Assembly: GCA_963786565.1 (NCBI GenBank)
Contig: CAWAZR010000011.1
Location: 271,592 to 335,591 of the forward strand
DNA length: 64,000 nucleotides
From: an uncultured Acidobacteriota bacterium
GTDB taxonomy: Bacteria > Acidobacteriota > Terriglobia > Terriglobales > Acidobacteriaceae
Direction of reading: 5' to 3'
The notes beneath the pieces were generated by a model that saw only the letters and a program-made list of their open reading frames with translations, did no database searches and was not told the origin of the DNA. The stretch's first letter is position 1. Each line of letters begins with the position of its first letter. Below, in pieces: positions 17,679-27,706 of the stretch. Both the position numbers and the translations under genes were made by a program.

Positions 17679-19651
17679 TTCTCCAGCTCCGTTTCGCTGC
17701 GCATGCTCGCGGGTTGCTGGGCCCGGTGTACGCGGTCTACGGTGGTGATTGGAATGCGCAGCAGGAATTCCGTGCCCCGATCTTGTCTCGATTGTACTTC
17801 CACGCTCCCGTGGTGTAACTGAAGGATGCGGTAGGTCATGGCAAGTCCGATGCCGCTTCCTCCGGTCTTGGTTGTGAAATAAAGGTCGAAGATTTTTTCC
17901 CGGATCTCCGCGGGAATTCCCGGCCCCTCGTCGGCAATCCGCAGCACGGCAATCCTTTGCGCCGCGCGCCCGGTGCGCCCGCCATCGATCCCGTTGCGTT
18001 GCGCCATGGGCAGCGAAGTGGCATCGGCGCTGCGGTCCTCTTCGAGAGTCACTTCCAGGCGGCCGCCCTCCGGCATGGCCTGCGCGCCATTCTGGATCAC
18101 ATTCAGCGCCGCCTGCTTCAGCAGGTCCGCGTCTACATTGGCAATCAGTGGCTCCTCCGGCAGTCGACTAATCAGCTGAATCCTCCGCGTGGTCAGCTCG
18201 TCGGCAGACAGCGCCAGCACGTCGCCAATCACCAGCCGCAAGTCCTGTTCGTGCAATTGCAGCTCCACCGGCCGCGAGAAGTCCACCAGGGTTTGCACTA
18301 CGCGATCCAGGCGCCGGATTTCCGCGTCGATCACTTCCAGATGCCTGGTCGCCGGCCCTTCGGCATCGCCCAGTTTCGATTTCAAAAGCTCCAGATGCAC
18401 CACGATGGCGTTGATGGGGTTCTTCACCTCGTGGCCGACGCCTGACGTAAGCCGTCCGATGGCCGCCATGCGGCGCGAAAGCTCCAGTTCCGATTCAATC
18501 TTCTCTGCCGACTCCAGATCGTGCAGGGTCACCAGCGCGCCGAGCCCGCGGTGCGTTTCATCGTCGTAAATAAAATCCACCGACGCCTGGATGCGCCGCC
18601 CATTCTCGGTGCGAATCTCCTCATTCACCATGTTGGCGCCGGCGTCGATGCTCTCCCGCAGCGTCCGGCCCAGCACGGTAGAGCTGGGAAAGATCTCACT
18701 TGCGGGCCGCCCCAGAACGCTGTCGCGGTCGATGCCGAGAAAGCGGCGCGCTGCTTCTGAAACCAGCACGGCGCGCTTGTCTTCGGTGAAGAGCAGGATG
18801 CCGTCCTGCAAATTGCCGAGAATCTGGTCAAGATTCTCACGCAATGCGGAGTAGACTTCTTCCACGTTGCGCATGCGCTGGCCAATCCTCTCGATTTTTG
18901 TCGAGACCAGCGCCGCCACATCCTCTTTTGAGACCGCTTTGCCCTCGGGAGACACTCCCTCGGCTGCCGACAAGCGGTCCAGTTGCTGGCTGATCAGGGT
19001 CAACGGCCGCAAAGCCAGATTGCTCAGCAGAAAAGCCGCTGCCAGCGCCACAATCAGCGCCAGCGCCATCAAACGCAGCGCATTTCTAAGCAGCGGCTCA
19101 TATACCGCACGCAGCAGCGACGTGTGCACGCCCACATTCACGGTGGCAAAGAGCTTGCCATTGTTTTCAAGCGGCGCCACCACGTCATATATCGTCGGAT
19201 TTCTAAAGGACTCGGCGACCACGCGCAAAGGATTGGTCTTGAGCAACTGTGCGAAGTTGGGGCGCAAGGGCAGCGGCTTGCCTTCGTTGCCCTGATCTGT
19301 GCTTAGCAGCGTCATGCCCTGGCTGTCGCCAATGTTGACGTCGTATACCGTGAGGTAATTGCGGTTCACCGAAACGAGCGCCGCCTGCAACTGTGCGTCG
19401 TTGCGCACCGTTTCTGCCACCAATTCCTGCAACTCACCGGGATTGTTGGGATCGACCGTGCGGTCCCGAAGGCCGCTTTCCAGCGCATTCTGCAGCGCAA
19501 ATAGCACTTGCCTCGCTACCGCCCTATGCGTGTCGTAGGTCTCCCGCACCACCATTTTCGCCAATTGGTGCACGTAGAGCAGCGACACCAGCCCGGCGAT
19601 AAGGAACACCAGAGCCGAAATGGCCAGCACGAGTTTGGTTTTCAGGCGCAT
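17675..19651 (-). CDS. sensor histidine kinase (TM, HAMP-like, PAS, HisKA, HATPase_c)
   Basis: H-box SGVGHEVKNPINAI, and N/G boxes VIQNGAQAM, DEGPGIP and GGSGIGLAM. There is an N-terminal TM helix and a second TM helix near residue 200. Confidence 0.85.
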   Translation of the reverse strand: MRLKTKLVLAISALVFLIAGLVSLLYVHQLAKMVVRETYDTHRAVARQVLFALQNALESGLRDRTVDPNNPGELQELVAETVRNDAQLQAALVSVNRNYLTVYDVNIGDSQGMTLLSTDQGNEGKPLPLRPNFAQLLKTNPLRVVAESFRNPTIYDVVAPLENNGKLFATVNVGVHTSLLRAVYEPLLRNALRLMALALIVALAAAFLLSNLALRPLTLISQQLDRLSAAEGVSPEGKAVSKEDVAALVSTKIERIGQRMRNVEEVYSALRENLDQILGNLQDGILLFTEDKRAVLVSEAARRFLGIDRDSVLGRPASEIFPSSTVLGRTLRESIDAGANMVNEEIRTENGRRIQASVDFIYDDETHRGLGALVTLHDLESAEKIESELELSRRMAAIGRLTSGVGHEVKNPINAIVVHLELLKSKLGDAEGPATRHLEVIDAEIRRLDRVVQTLVDFSRPVELQLHEQDLRLVIGDVLALSADELTTRRIQLISRLPEEPLIANVDADLLKQAALNVIQNGAQAMPEGGRLEVTLEEDRSADATSLPMAQRNGIDGGRTGRAAQRIAVLRIADEGPGIPAEIREKIFDLYFTTKTGGSGIGLAMTYRILQLHHGSVEVQSRQDRGTEFLLRIPITTVDRVHRAQQPASMRSETELEK

Positions 19652-19681
19652 GGGGAACCGATCTTCAATGGGATCCCGGGT

Positions 19682-21088
19682 CTACTCGGCTTGTATCTCC
19701 CGTTCCCGGCCGTATTCCTTGAGCTTATTGTGCAGTGTCTTCAGGCTGACGCCCAGAATTTCGGCAGCGCGCGTCTTGTTCTGGCCCGTTACTTCGAGCG
19801 TGCGCAGAATCAGCAGCCGTTCGGCCTCGCCGACCGTCGCGCCCACGCGCACTGTCACCACGTTCCCTTCCAACGCAGCAGATTCCAGGCCATGGTCCAC
19901 GCCGAAGCCCTGGGGCAGATGTCCGGTGTCCAGCGGCGCGCCGTCAGGGCAAAGGACGACCGCCCGCTCGATGGTGTTACGCAATTCGCGCGCATTTCCC
20001 GGCCAGTCATGAGCCATCAGCCGTTCCAGCATCGGTGCCGAGAGCGCGGTCACTCTGCGCCCGTGTTTCTGGTTCATGTCGCCGATCATCGCCTCCACCA
20101 TGGCCGGCAAATCTTCCATGTGTTCGCGCAGCGGGGGCATGTGGATGTTGAATACGTTGAGCCGGTAAAAGAGATCGGCGCGCAGATGTCCCTGGGCCAC
20201 GGCATGGCGGGGATCGCGATTGGTGGCCGCGAGCACGCGCACGTCCACGTCCTGCTCGGTGCGCGCTCCCAGCCGCCGGAGCTTGCGCTCTTCCAGCACT
20301 CTGAGCAGTTTGGCTTGAGTACCGGCAGGCATTTCGCCCACCTCGTCAAGTAGAAGTGTTCCGCCCGAAGCCAGCTCGAAGCAGCCGGCTCTGCGCTCCG
20401 CGGCGCCCGTGAATGCGCCTTTTTCGTGGCCGAAAATTTCGCTCTCAATCAGTGTTTCCGGAATCGCCGCGCAGTTGACGGCGACAAAGGGACGCGACTT
20501 GCGAGGGCTCAGATCGTGCAGTGTGCGCGCCACCAGTTCCTTGCCTGTGCCGCTCTCGCCGGTGATGAGCACCGGCACGTTCGACGGCGCAATCTGCTCG
20601 ATCAGCCCGAAGATCTCGCGCATCTGCTTTGAGCTGCCCACCAGCGCGCCCAGCACGCCCGATTCGCGCAGCCGTCGCCGCGCCACTTCGAGCTCTATCG
20701 TCGTTTCCCGCTGTTTTGTCGCGTTGGCCAGGATGGTCTTGAGCCGCGTCGCGTCCACCGGCTTCGGCAAAAAGTCGTACGCGCCCAGCTTCATGGCCTC
20801 CACGGCCAGTTGAATCGAGCCCATGGCGGTGAGCACCACCACGGCCATATTGGCGCTTAAGCCCATGCCGCCATCGGAGAGCTTGGCCAGCAGTCCCATG
20901 CCGTCGAGCCGCGGCATCTTCAGATCTGTCACCACAATGGCCGGATCCCACGTCAGCGCCTTTTCCCATGCTTCTACGCCGTCGCGCGCGGTTTCGGTGC
21001 GGTATCCCCACCCGGAGATCAGTTCCGCCAGCCCGGCCAGGGCATTGGGCTCGTCTTCGGCAATCAAAACCTTCACGACGTTTTGCAT
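19682..21088 (-). CDS. sigma-54-dependent response regulator (REC, AAA+, Fis-type HTH; NtrC family)
   Basis: Start placed at MQNVVKVLIAEDEP. GESGTGKE Walker A, the ESEIFGHEKGAFTGA sigma-54 contact loop, and a C-terminal HTH AAEILGVSLKTLHNKLKEY. Confidence 0.88.
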   Translation of the reverse strand: MQNVVKVLIAEDEPNALAGLAELISGWGYRTETARDGVEAWEKALTWDPAIVVTDLKMPRLDGMGLLAKLSDGGMGLSANMAVVVLTAMGSIQLAVEAMKLGAYDFLPKPVDATRLKTILANATKQRETTIELEVARRRLRESGVLGALVGSSKQMREIFGLIEQIAPSNVPVLITGESGTGKELVARTLHDLSPRKSRPFVAVNCAAIPETLIESEIFGHEKGAFTGAAERRAGCFELASGGTLLLDEVGEMPAGTQAKLLRVLEERKLRRLGARTEQDVDVRVLAATNRDPRHAVAQGHLRADLFYRLNVFNIHMPPLREHMEDLPAMVEAMIGDMNQKHGRRVTALSAPMLERLMAHDWPGNARELRNTIERAVVLCPDGAPLDTGHLPQGFGVDHGLESAALEGNVVTVRVGATVGEAERLLILRTLEVTGQNKTRAAEILGVSLKTLHNKLKEYGREREIQAE

Positions 21089-21177
21089 AGGGGCGTACCG
21101 TTCACCCTTTAGCTTACCTTTTTGCCATGCCATCCCGCCAAAGTCACTCTCCGTTTGGACCTCGCTGCTTAAATGGC

Positions 21178-21300
21178 GCCGTGAAAGGGCCCGATTGAAA
21201 AGCCTGACTAAGAATGCATCGTAAGGCGCGAAGTGTCAGGGCACGACTTTAGTCGTGCCGCAAACAAAGCTCAATGAGCGGGGCTTTAGCCCCTGGGGGA
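21178..21300 (+). repeat. family A repeat, copy A2, preceded by a degenerate B-type unit
   Basis: CGCCGTGAAAGGGCCCGATTGAAAAGCCTGAC... followed by GTGTCAGGGCACGACTTTAGTCGTGCC...GGGGCTTTAGCCCCTGGGGGA. Confidence 0.8.
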
Positions 21301-21331
21301 CAGCTTGTGCAAGTCCATCTAAACTGGAATC

Positions 21332-21655
21332 ATGCTGCCCTACGAAATCTCCGCCGCTGAAGCTGCTCAAATCCTGCGCGAAAAGGGTGCCCGGCTCGTT
21401 GACGTGCGCGAGACCTGGGAGTTCGACACCACCCGCATCGAAGACAGCCTGCACTTACCGATGGGCGAAGTGCCCACCCGCGCGCACAAGGAACTCGATA
21501 TGAACGAGCGGCTGGTCATCGTCTGCCATCACGGCGTGCGTTCCATGAACGTCACCGCATGGCTGCGCCGGCAGGGCTTTGAAAATGCCCAGTCGCTGCG
21601 CGGCGGCATCGACGCCTGGTCGCTCGAAGTCGACCCCAAAGTTACGCGCTATTAG
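21332..21655 (+). CDS. single-domain rhodanese-like sulfurtransferase
   Basis: Active-site loop CHHGVRS in a roughly 100-aa rhodanese fold. Confidence 0.8.
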   Translation: MLPYEISAAEAAQILREKGARLVDVRETWEFDTTRIEDSLHLPMGEVPTRAHKELDMNERLVIVCHHGVRSMNVTAWLRRQGFENAQSLRGGIDAWSLEVDPKVTRY

Positions 21656-22437
21656 CGCCCGAACGCGTACGTCACTTGAAAAAGACCGTTGTCGATCCCG
21701 GGATTTGCATTGGCCGTGCCGTGGTTCGAAATGTGGTGATAGCGGTACTCGAAACGAATCGAGCCGTTCCTGGCGCGATAGAGTTCAAAGCCCGCGCCTA
21801 GATCGAATGTGAAGTTGAAGGAGCCGGCGTAATTGATTGGGATCGGCTGCGTGGAATACATATATCCGCCGTGACTGGTAAAAAACGGCTGCAATTTACG
21901 GCGGGACTGAAAATTCCATTGCATTCCAATAGGAGACATTGCCTCACCGATGGTCCAACGGCGGCCGCAGACGCTAGTGTAGGTGTAATTTTCGAATCCC
22001 GGGATGCTTCCGCTTCCCGACGAGGGATAGCATGGCCCTAGCGTGGGGTTGGCGGTTGTACTGGTAGTCGTCACGGGAGGGTTCTCATTGGTGAACGTGA
22101 CGGTTTCCGTGGTGTACTGCATCGGATCGCTTTCCAGCGCGACCGGCAGCAACTCCCCGCTGTACTGCCAGTTCACGATGCGGTTCAGGAACAGCCGTCG
22201 GTTGTAGGAGACGCCAATGTTCAGCAGTTTGCGATTCGCGGCGTCGCCCAAAAGGATGTGGCTGGAGTCTCCGGAGTATGCAACGAGGATCCCGAATGTG
22301 TTCCGTCTGGCGTAATAGGGACCGTTGATATCGGATTGAGCCGGAGCTGCGAATGAACTCACTCCGAGGATCAAAAGTGCGAAAAAATAAAGACGACCTC
22401 TAGGTCTGGGCCGTAGCTCACCGTCGTTCGTGCGCAA
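21652..22437 (-). CDS. outer-membrane beta-barrel protein, acyloxyacyl hydrolase (PagL-like) family
   Basis: Signal peptide, alternating beta-strand pattern, C-terminal YRYHHISNHG motif (His/Ser as in PagL, from memory), and a terminal aromatic (TYAFGR). Its stop overlaps the rhodanese stop convergently. Confidence 0.5.
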   Translation of the reverse strand: MRTNDGELRPRPRGRLYFFALLILGVSSFAAPAQSDINGPYYARRNTFGILVAYSGDSSHILLGDAANRKLLNIGVSYNRRLFLNRIVNWQYSGELLPVALESDPMQYTTETVTFTNENPPVTTTSTTANPTLGPCYPSSGSGSIPGFENYTYTSVCGRRWTIGEAMSPIGMQWNFQSRRKLQPFFTSHGGYMYSTQPIPINYAGSFNFTFDLGAGFELYRARNGSIRFEYRYHHISNHGTANANPGIDNGLFQVTYAFGR

Positions 22438-22528
22438 ATGAATCCCCCTTTCGGGCGTGCGGACCGAATGCTTTTGGAAAGCCTATACTTTTTATTGACT
22501 CTGGAAATCAGTATAAGGGAGCGATCAA

Positions 22529-23920
22529 TTGTCTTCTTCCGCCGTTGCTTTTGCCCGTCAAAACTACCCTCGTTTTGTGGATGAACTGAAGACCCTGCTG
22601 CGCATCGCATCCATCTCCACCCTGCCCGAACACAAAGGCGATTGCCGCAAGGCCGCCGAAACGCTGCTCGCCGAACTGAAGCGCATCGGCATGGAGAATG
22701 CGCGCCTGATCGAGGGTGATGGACACCCGCTGGTCTATGCCGATTGGCTGCATGCGGCCGGTAAACCGACCGTACTCATTTACGGCCATTACGACGTGCA
22801 GCCAGCCGATCCGCTCGACGAGTGGCACTCGCCGCCCTTCGAGCCCACCGAACGCAACGGCAACATCTACGCGCGCGGCGCGGTCGACGACAAAGGCCAG
22901 GTAGTGGCGCAGGTCAAGGCGCTCGAGTCGTTGTTCTCCGCTGACGCCTCGCTGCCGGCCGCCAACCGTTCGTTGCCCATCAACGTGCGCGTCCTCTTCG
23001 AGGGCGAAGAAGAAGTGGGAGGGGAGGGAATCGCGAAGTATGTTGGTTCAAAACCCGCCGACCTCAAGGCTGACTTCGCGCTCGTCTCCGACTCCGATAT
23101 GTTTGCGCCCGGCCTGCCGTCACTTTGCGTCGGATTGCGCGGCATGATCTACACCGAGCTGGAAGTACGTGGCGCCAGAACCGATTTGCACTCCGGCATG
23201 TATGGAGGCGCGGCACCCAACCCATTCGTCTCCATCGCGCACATCATCGCCAGGCTCAAAGACGTAAACGGCCACATCCTCATTCCCGGCTTTTACGACG
23301 GCATCATTCCTCCCAGTCCCGAGGAGCTGGCGGCATGGCGCAGCCTTCCTTTCGACGAGGAGGAGTATCGCGAAGCCGAGGTGGGTTCGAAGCAACTGGT
23401 CGGCGAGGCAGGCTACAGCGTTCTGGAGCGCACCTGGGCGCGGCCTACGCTCGACGTGCATGGCATTCCCGGAGGCTTTATCGGCGCAGGCGCCAAGACT
23501 GTGATTCCAGCAAAAGCCACGGCGAAGGTCTCCATGCGTCTTGTTCCCGGCATGACCCCGGCCAAAGCCTTCGAACTCTACAAGAGCTATGTCGAAAAGA
23601 TCGCACCCGCCGGCGTCGAAGTGGAAGTGCGGCTGATTCACTCCGGAGACGCCTGTCTGGTTCCGGTCGACAACCCCTTTATCAAGGCCGCCACGCGCGC
23701 CCTGCATGAAGTGTGGGGTAAGGACACCGTCTTCATCCGCTCCGGTGGCTCCATTCCGATCGTCGGCGACTTCGATCGCCACCTGGGCCTGCCCAGCGTG
23801 ATGATGGGTTTCGGCCTGCCCGACGACAATATCCACGCGCCCAACGAGAAGTTCAACCTGAAGAACTTTGAGCTGGGCATCGAGTCGCTCATCCGCTTCC
23901 TTGAAGAGGTTGGCCGTTGA
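22529..23920 (+). CDS. M20-family dipeptidase / metallohydrolase
   Basis: M20 motifs GHYDVQP, ARGAVDDKG and FEGEEEVGG. TTG start. Confidence 0.8.
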   Translation: MSSSAVAFARQNYPRFVDELKTLLRIASISTLPEHKGDCRKAAETLLAELKRIGMENARLIEGDGHPLVYADWLHAAGKPTVLIYGHYDVQPADPLDEWHSPPFEPTERNGNIYARGAVDDKGQVVAQVKALESLFSADASLPAANRSLPINVRVLFEGEEEVGGEGIAKYVGSKPADLKADFALVSDSDMFAPGLPSLCVGLRGMIYTELEVRGARTDLHSGMYGGAAPNPFVSIAHIIARLKDVNGHILIPGFYDGIIPPSPEELAAWRSLPFDEEEYREAEVGSKQLVGEAGYSVLERTWARPTLDVHGIPGGFIGAGAKTVIPAKATAKVSMRLVPGMTPAKAFELYKSYVEKIAPAGVEVEVRLIHSGDACLVPVDNPFIKAATRALHEVWGKDTVFIRSGGSIPIVGDFDRHLGLPSVMMGFGLPDDNIHAPNEKFNLKNFELGIESLIRFLEEVGR

Positions 23921-24621
23921 ATCCAGCCGGGCAAGTTCCGGCGCATCGCGATCCTGAGCCCAACGCGATCGGATTCGTGCTCGCGGGCGGCCAATCCAGC
24001 CGCATGGGCCGGGACAAGGCGCTCCTGGAGTTTGCGGGCAAGCCACTGGTCGCGCACGCGCTCGACATCTTTCATGAGGCGGGCATTTCGGTGAAGATCG
24101 CCGGCGTCGCCTCGCCTTCCCGTGCGTCTCTTGAGGCCTTCGCGCCCATCATCGAAGATGCTTCGCCGGGCCTCGGTCCTCTCTCCGGCATTTGCGCCGC
24201 GCTCTCGATCATCTCCGTGCGCTATGCCGTGTTTCTCCCAGTCGACTTGCCCCTGCTTCCGGCCTCGCTTCTCGTCTACCTCTTGCGCCACGCGCAAATC
24301 ACCGGCTCCGCCGTCACCATTGCCTCGATTTCCGGTTTTACGCAGACCTTCCCCGTGGTTCTCGACCGCGCTGCACTGCCAGCGCTGCAAAACGAGCTCA
24401 ATTCTGGTCAAGGCGGCTGTTTTTCCGGGTTCCAGGCGGCTTCCGCAGCCCTGAACCAGCGCATCAGTAGCGTTGCCGTCGAACTGCTCGCCCAGACCGC
24501 GGAGGTTTCCGATCCGCTGGGCCTATCCCCAGCCCGGTGGTTTCTCAATCTGAATACGCCGGACGATCTTGAGCGGGCCGAAGCGCTTCGTGGCAAGCTC
24601 CGGGGCCGGCGCATCGCGTAA
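23917..24621 (+). CDS. mobA: molybdenum cofactor guanylyltransferase
   Basis: N-terminal GFVLAGGQSSRMGRDKALL signature. There is a 4-nt overlap with the upstream gene. Confidence 0.75.
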   Translation: MNPAGQVPAHRDPEPNAIGFVLAGGQSSRMGRDKALLEFAGKPLVAHALDIFHEAGISVKIAGVASPSRASLEAFAPIIEDASPGLGPLSGICAALSIISVRYAVFLPVDLPLLPASLLVYLLRHAQITGSAVTIASISGFTQTFPVVLDRAALPALQNELNSGQGGCFSGFQAASAALNQRISSVAVELLAQTAEVSDPLGLSPARWFLNLNTPDDLERAEALRGKLRGRRIA

Positions 24622-24636
24622 GCTGTTCTCAAAGGC

Positions 24637-25509
24637 ATGTCGGACGCTGAATCTCAATCCGAGTTTCTGAAGCCGCTGAAGGCGGAACTAGAAGCGCTGG
24701 CACGGCCGCCGGCCTCCGATGGTCCGCCCTCCATCGCTCCGCCTGGACCTCTACCTTTAGGTCCCATCGTCCAGTTCGATCGGGTTTCAATTTCGTTCGG
24801 TGGCCGGTCAGTTCTTGAAGAAGTCAGCTTTTCCGTCGAGCGCGGACAAACGCTGTGCATTCTCGGCCGCAGCGGCGTCGGCAAATCAGTGTCCTTGCGC
24901 ATGATCATGGGTTTCCTCAAGCCGGATTCCGGCGCGATTCAAGTCGAGAACCAGGAGATCACCGGCCTCAGCGAAGAGGGCATGCGCGCCATTCGCAAGC
25001 GCGTCACCATGGTTTTCCAGAATGGCGCATTATTCGATTCGCTCAGCGTGCGCGAAAATGTGGCGTTCCCATTACGCGAGCGTGGAGGTCTGGCCGATGA
25101 TCAGGTAGATCAGATCGCGGGCCGGCTGATTAGCCTGGTGGGGGCGGAAGATGTGGCCGATGACTTGCCGGCCAGCTTATCGACTGGACGCAAGCGTGCA
25201 GTGGCCATGGCGCGCGCTCTGGCCGCGCAGCCTGAAGTCGTGCTCTACGACGAGCCCACCACCATGGTCGATCCCCTGATTGCCCGCCATGTGGGGGACC
25301 TCATTCAGCGTCTCAAGCGACAGCTCGGCTTTACCAGCATCGTGGTCACGCACGACACTCGCTTCGCCCGCAAGCTGGCGGATACCATCCTCTTTCTGCA
25401 CCAGGGCAGGGCGCTCTTCTTCGGTCCCCTCGAAGCCTTTCTCGCGTCCAAAGATCCTGATATTCAACTGTTCTTGACCCTGGACGCCTATGTATTGCCT
25501 ACGGTATAA
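24637..25509 (+). CDS. ABC transporter ATP-binding protein (MlaF/Mkl-like), no adjacent permease
   Basis: Walker A GRSGVGKS, signature LSTGRKRAVAMARAL, and Walker B VVLYDEPT. It has an N-terminal extension of about 50 aa. Confidence 0.8.
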   Translation: MSDAESQSEFLKPLKAELEALARPPASDGPPSIAPPGPLPLGPIVQFDRVSISFGGRSVLEEVSFSVERGQTLCILGRSGVGKSVSLRMIMGFLKPDSGAIQVENQEITGLSEEGMRAIRKRVTMVFQNGALFDSLSVRENVAFPLRERGGLADDQVDQIAGRLISLVGAEDVADDLPASLSTGRKRAVAMARALAAQPEVVLYDEPTTMVDPLIARHVGDLIQRLKRQLGFTSIVVTHDTRFARKLADTILFLHQGRALFFGPLEAFLASKDPDIQLFLTLDAYVLPTV

Positions 25510-26152
25510 AGACTTTATTGTCTTTGTAACCACTGTGCTGTAAAATCAAACAATTACAAGTAAGACAGATACAGAGACCGTTTAGTAACCATGTAGTTAC
25601 TCTCTCGTAATCCTTTGCCTTGCAATTCTCTTGCAGCCCGGACTTTATTGGGCGAAGCTAAAGAAAACCAATTGATTCGGGTTTGTATCGAAAATTGGTG
25701 GGGCAACAATTCACGGACTCCCCACGTGATGGACTTTCAAGAACCTGCATAGCTCCTTTATTTGCGAGCGTTTTTCATCGCCTTAAGGGCCCCGGAATCG
25801 CGCAATACGGTTCTTCTCTTTATGCAAAAGTTTGCAAGAATCAGGCTTCGTTCGCGTCAGGCTTCCCCCGCTTGCGAGGGTAACTGCTGTGTCACGTACG
25901 CCGAGCGCCGTCCGGATGCATTTGAAAGACTGAACTCTCACCTGTGCCGGGGCGGCACAGAAAAACTGACTGAGCGCAACACACTAGCTTTTCCCGTGTC
26001 TTTCTTTGAAGTTCAGGCATCGGGGGCAGCGTATGCGTCTTCCCATTTATTCCACTTTGTTGCATTTTTGCCTTGCTTCCATTCCCTTGAGAATCAATCC
26101 CGGCAGCACGCCGTTCAGGCGCTTCTGAAAGTTTGAGGTCTGCGTTTCTCTT

Positions 26153-27670
26153 ATGGCGAGTTCGGATTTTTGGCAAAGGTTGTCGTCTTCCCTGGCTTTA
26201 TCGGCCGAGTGGGAATCGGGTGTCTCGAGCGGCTCCACGCGGCCGGCTCGCGGCACTGCCAAGCTCTGGATGGTCCTGGATATCGTCACGGTCTGCCTCG
26301 CTGCGGCTGTGACCACAATCTTCGAGTTTCATACCACTCCCCTGAAGGGAGCCCAGGGTTTTTGGCACGGGACGTTATTTTTCGGCCGTTCGATGTGGGT
26401 TTTGCTGGCCTTCCTGTTTGGATTCACTCTGACGCTCATCGCCACCAGTCGCCGCCTGCACTTGTACACTCCGGCGCGCCTGACTAATTTTCTCCACGAG
26501 CAGAGACTGAGTGCGCAGGCGTGCTTGACTTCCGGCCTGCTGCTGACCGGCGCGCTTTACCTGGTGCGCGCGGTTTATATTCCACGCGGTATCGTGCTTA
26601 GCACGGTACTCATGGTCGCCGTCGCACTCGGCTTGCGGCGGTTCATCTATCGTGTGCTCCTCTATCGGCGTTTCGACCGGGGTCTGGATACCCGCAACGT
26701 GCTCATTGTCGGTACGGGAACAGAGGCGCAAGCCCTTCGCCACCATCTCGACAGCATCCGGCATCTGGGATTTACCTTCAAAGGCTTCATCGAGCTCCCC
26801 GGTTCCGTGGCGCGCACGCAGATGGCGCCAGGCGACATTGTCGGCACGCTCGATTCTCTATTCCAGAATGCCCGCAAGCAGTTTATCGACGAGATTTTTT
26901 TCACCACGCCCTGCGAACGCAGCATTGTTCAGGACGTGCTGGCGCAAGCGCGGGTTCACGGTGTAGATCTGCGCGTGGTTCCCGACATGTACGACTCCGT
27001 GGCCTGGGACAGCCCCATCGAATACATCGGCCAGTTTCCCACCATGCCGCTGCATCGCGGCGAAGTGCCGGAACTAGGTCTCATTTTCAAGCGCGTCTTC
27101 GATACCATCTTTTCCGTACTGACGCTTATTCTCCTTGCGCCCATGCTGGTGGCCGTCGCCATCGCCATCAAGCTCGATTCACCCGGCCCGGTCTTCTACA
27201 CCTCTGACCGCATCGGCAAAAAGGGAGTGGTCTTCCGCTGCATCAAATTTCGCACCATGGTTATGGATGCAGAAACTCGCCGCGCCGATGTCATGCACAT
27301 GAACGAGCGCGACGACGTGCTGTTCAAGATCTCGAACGATCCGCGTATCACTCGCCTGGGACGGTTCCTGCGCAAATATTCATTGGATGAGCTGCCACAG
27401 TTCTTCAACGTCCTGGCTGGCGATATGAGCATTGTGGGCCCGCGCCCGCCCCTGGCCGGCGAAGTGCACAAATACGACCTCAGCCACCTCCGCCGCCTGG
27501 ATGTCACTCCGGGGATTACCGGACTATGGCAGGTGCAGGGACGTCAGGATCCGTCCTTTGCCAGCTATGTGTCTCTCGATGTCTCCTACATCGACAACTG
27601 GAGCATCTGGCTGGACTTCAAAATCATCCTGCGCACCATCGCCGTGGTCTTTGCCGGCACCGGCACGTAG
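26153..27670 (+). CDS. exopolysaccharide priming polyprenyl glycosylphosphotransferase (WcaJ/EpsB-type bacterial sugar transferase)
   Basis: Multi-TM N-terminus, central Rossmann-like domain, and a C-terminal sugar-transferase domain (FKRVFDTIFS..., DELPQFFNVL, MSIVGPRP, PGITGLWQVQGR). Confidence 0.85.
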   Translation: MASSDFWQRLSSSLALSAEWESGVSSGSTRPARGTAKLWMVLDIVTVCLAAAVTTIFEFHTTPLKGAQGFWHGTLFFGRSMWVLLAFLFGFTLTLIATSRRLHLYTPARLTNFLHEQRLSAQACLTSGLLLTGALYLVRAVYIPRGIVLSTVLMVAVALGLRRFIYRVLLYRRFDRGLDTRNVLIVGTGTEAQALRHHLDSIRHLGFTFKGFIELPGSVARTQMAPGDIVGTLDSLFQNARKQFIDEIFFTTPCERSIVQDVLAQARVHGVDLRVVPDMYDSVAWDSPIEYIGQFPTMPLHRGEVPELGLIFKRVFDTIFSVLTLILLAPMLVAVAIAIKLDSPGPVFYTSDRIGKKGVVFRCIKFRTMVMDAETRRADVMHMNERDDVLFKISNDPRITRLGRFLRKYSLDELPQFFNVLAGDMSIVGPRPPLAGEVHKYDLSHLRRLDVTPGITGLWQVQGRQDPSFASYVSLDVSYIDNWSIWLDFKIILRTIAVVFAGTGT

Positions 27671-27706
27671 TAGGTCTGGCGTGTGGTTCGTGCGGGAAGT
27701 AATTTC

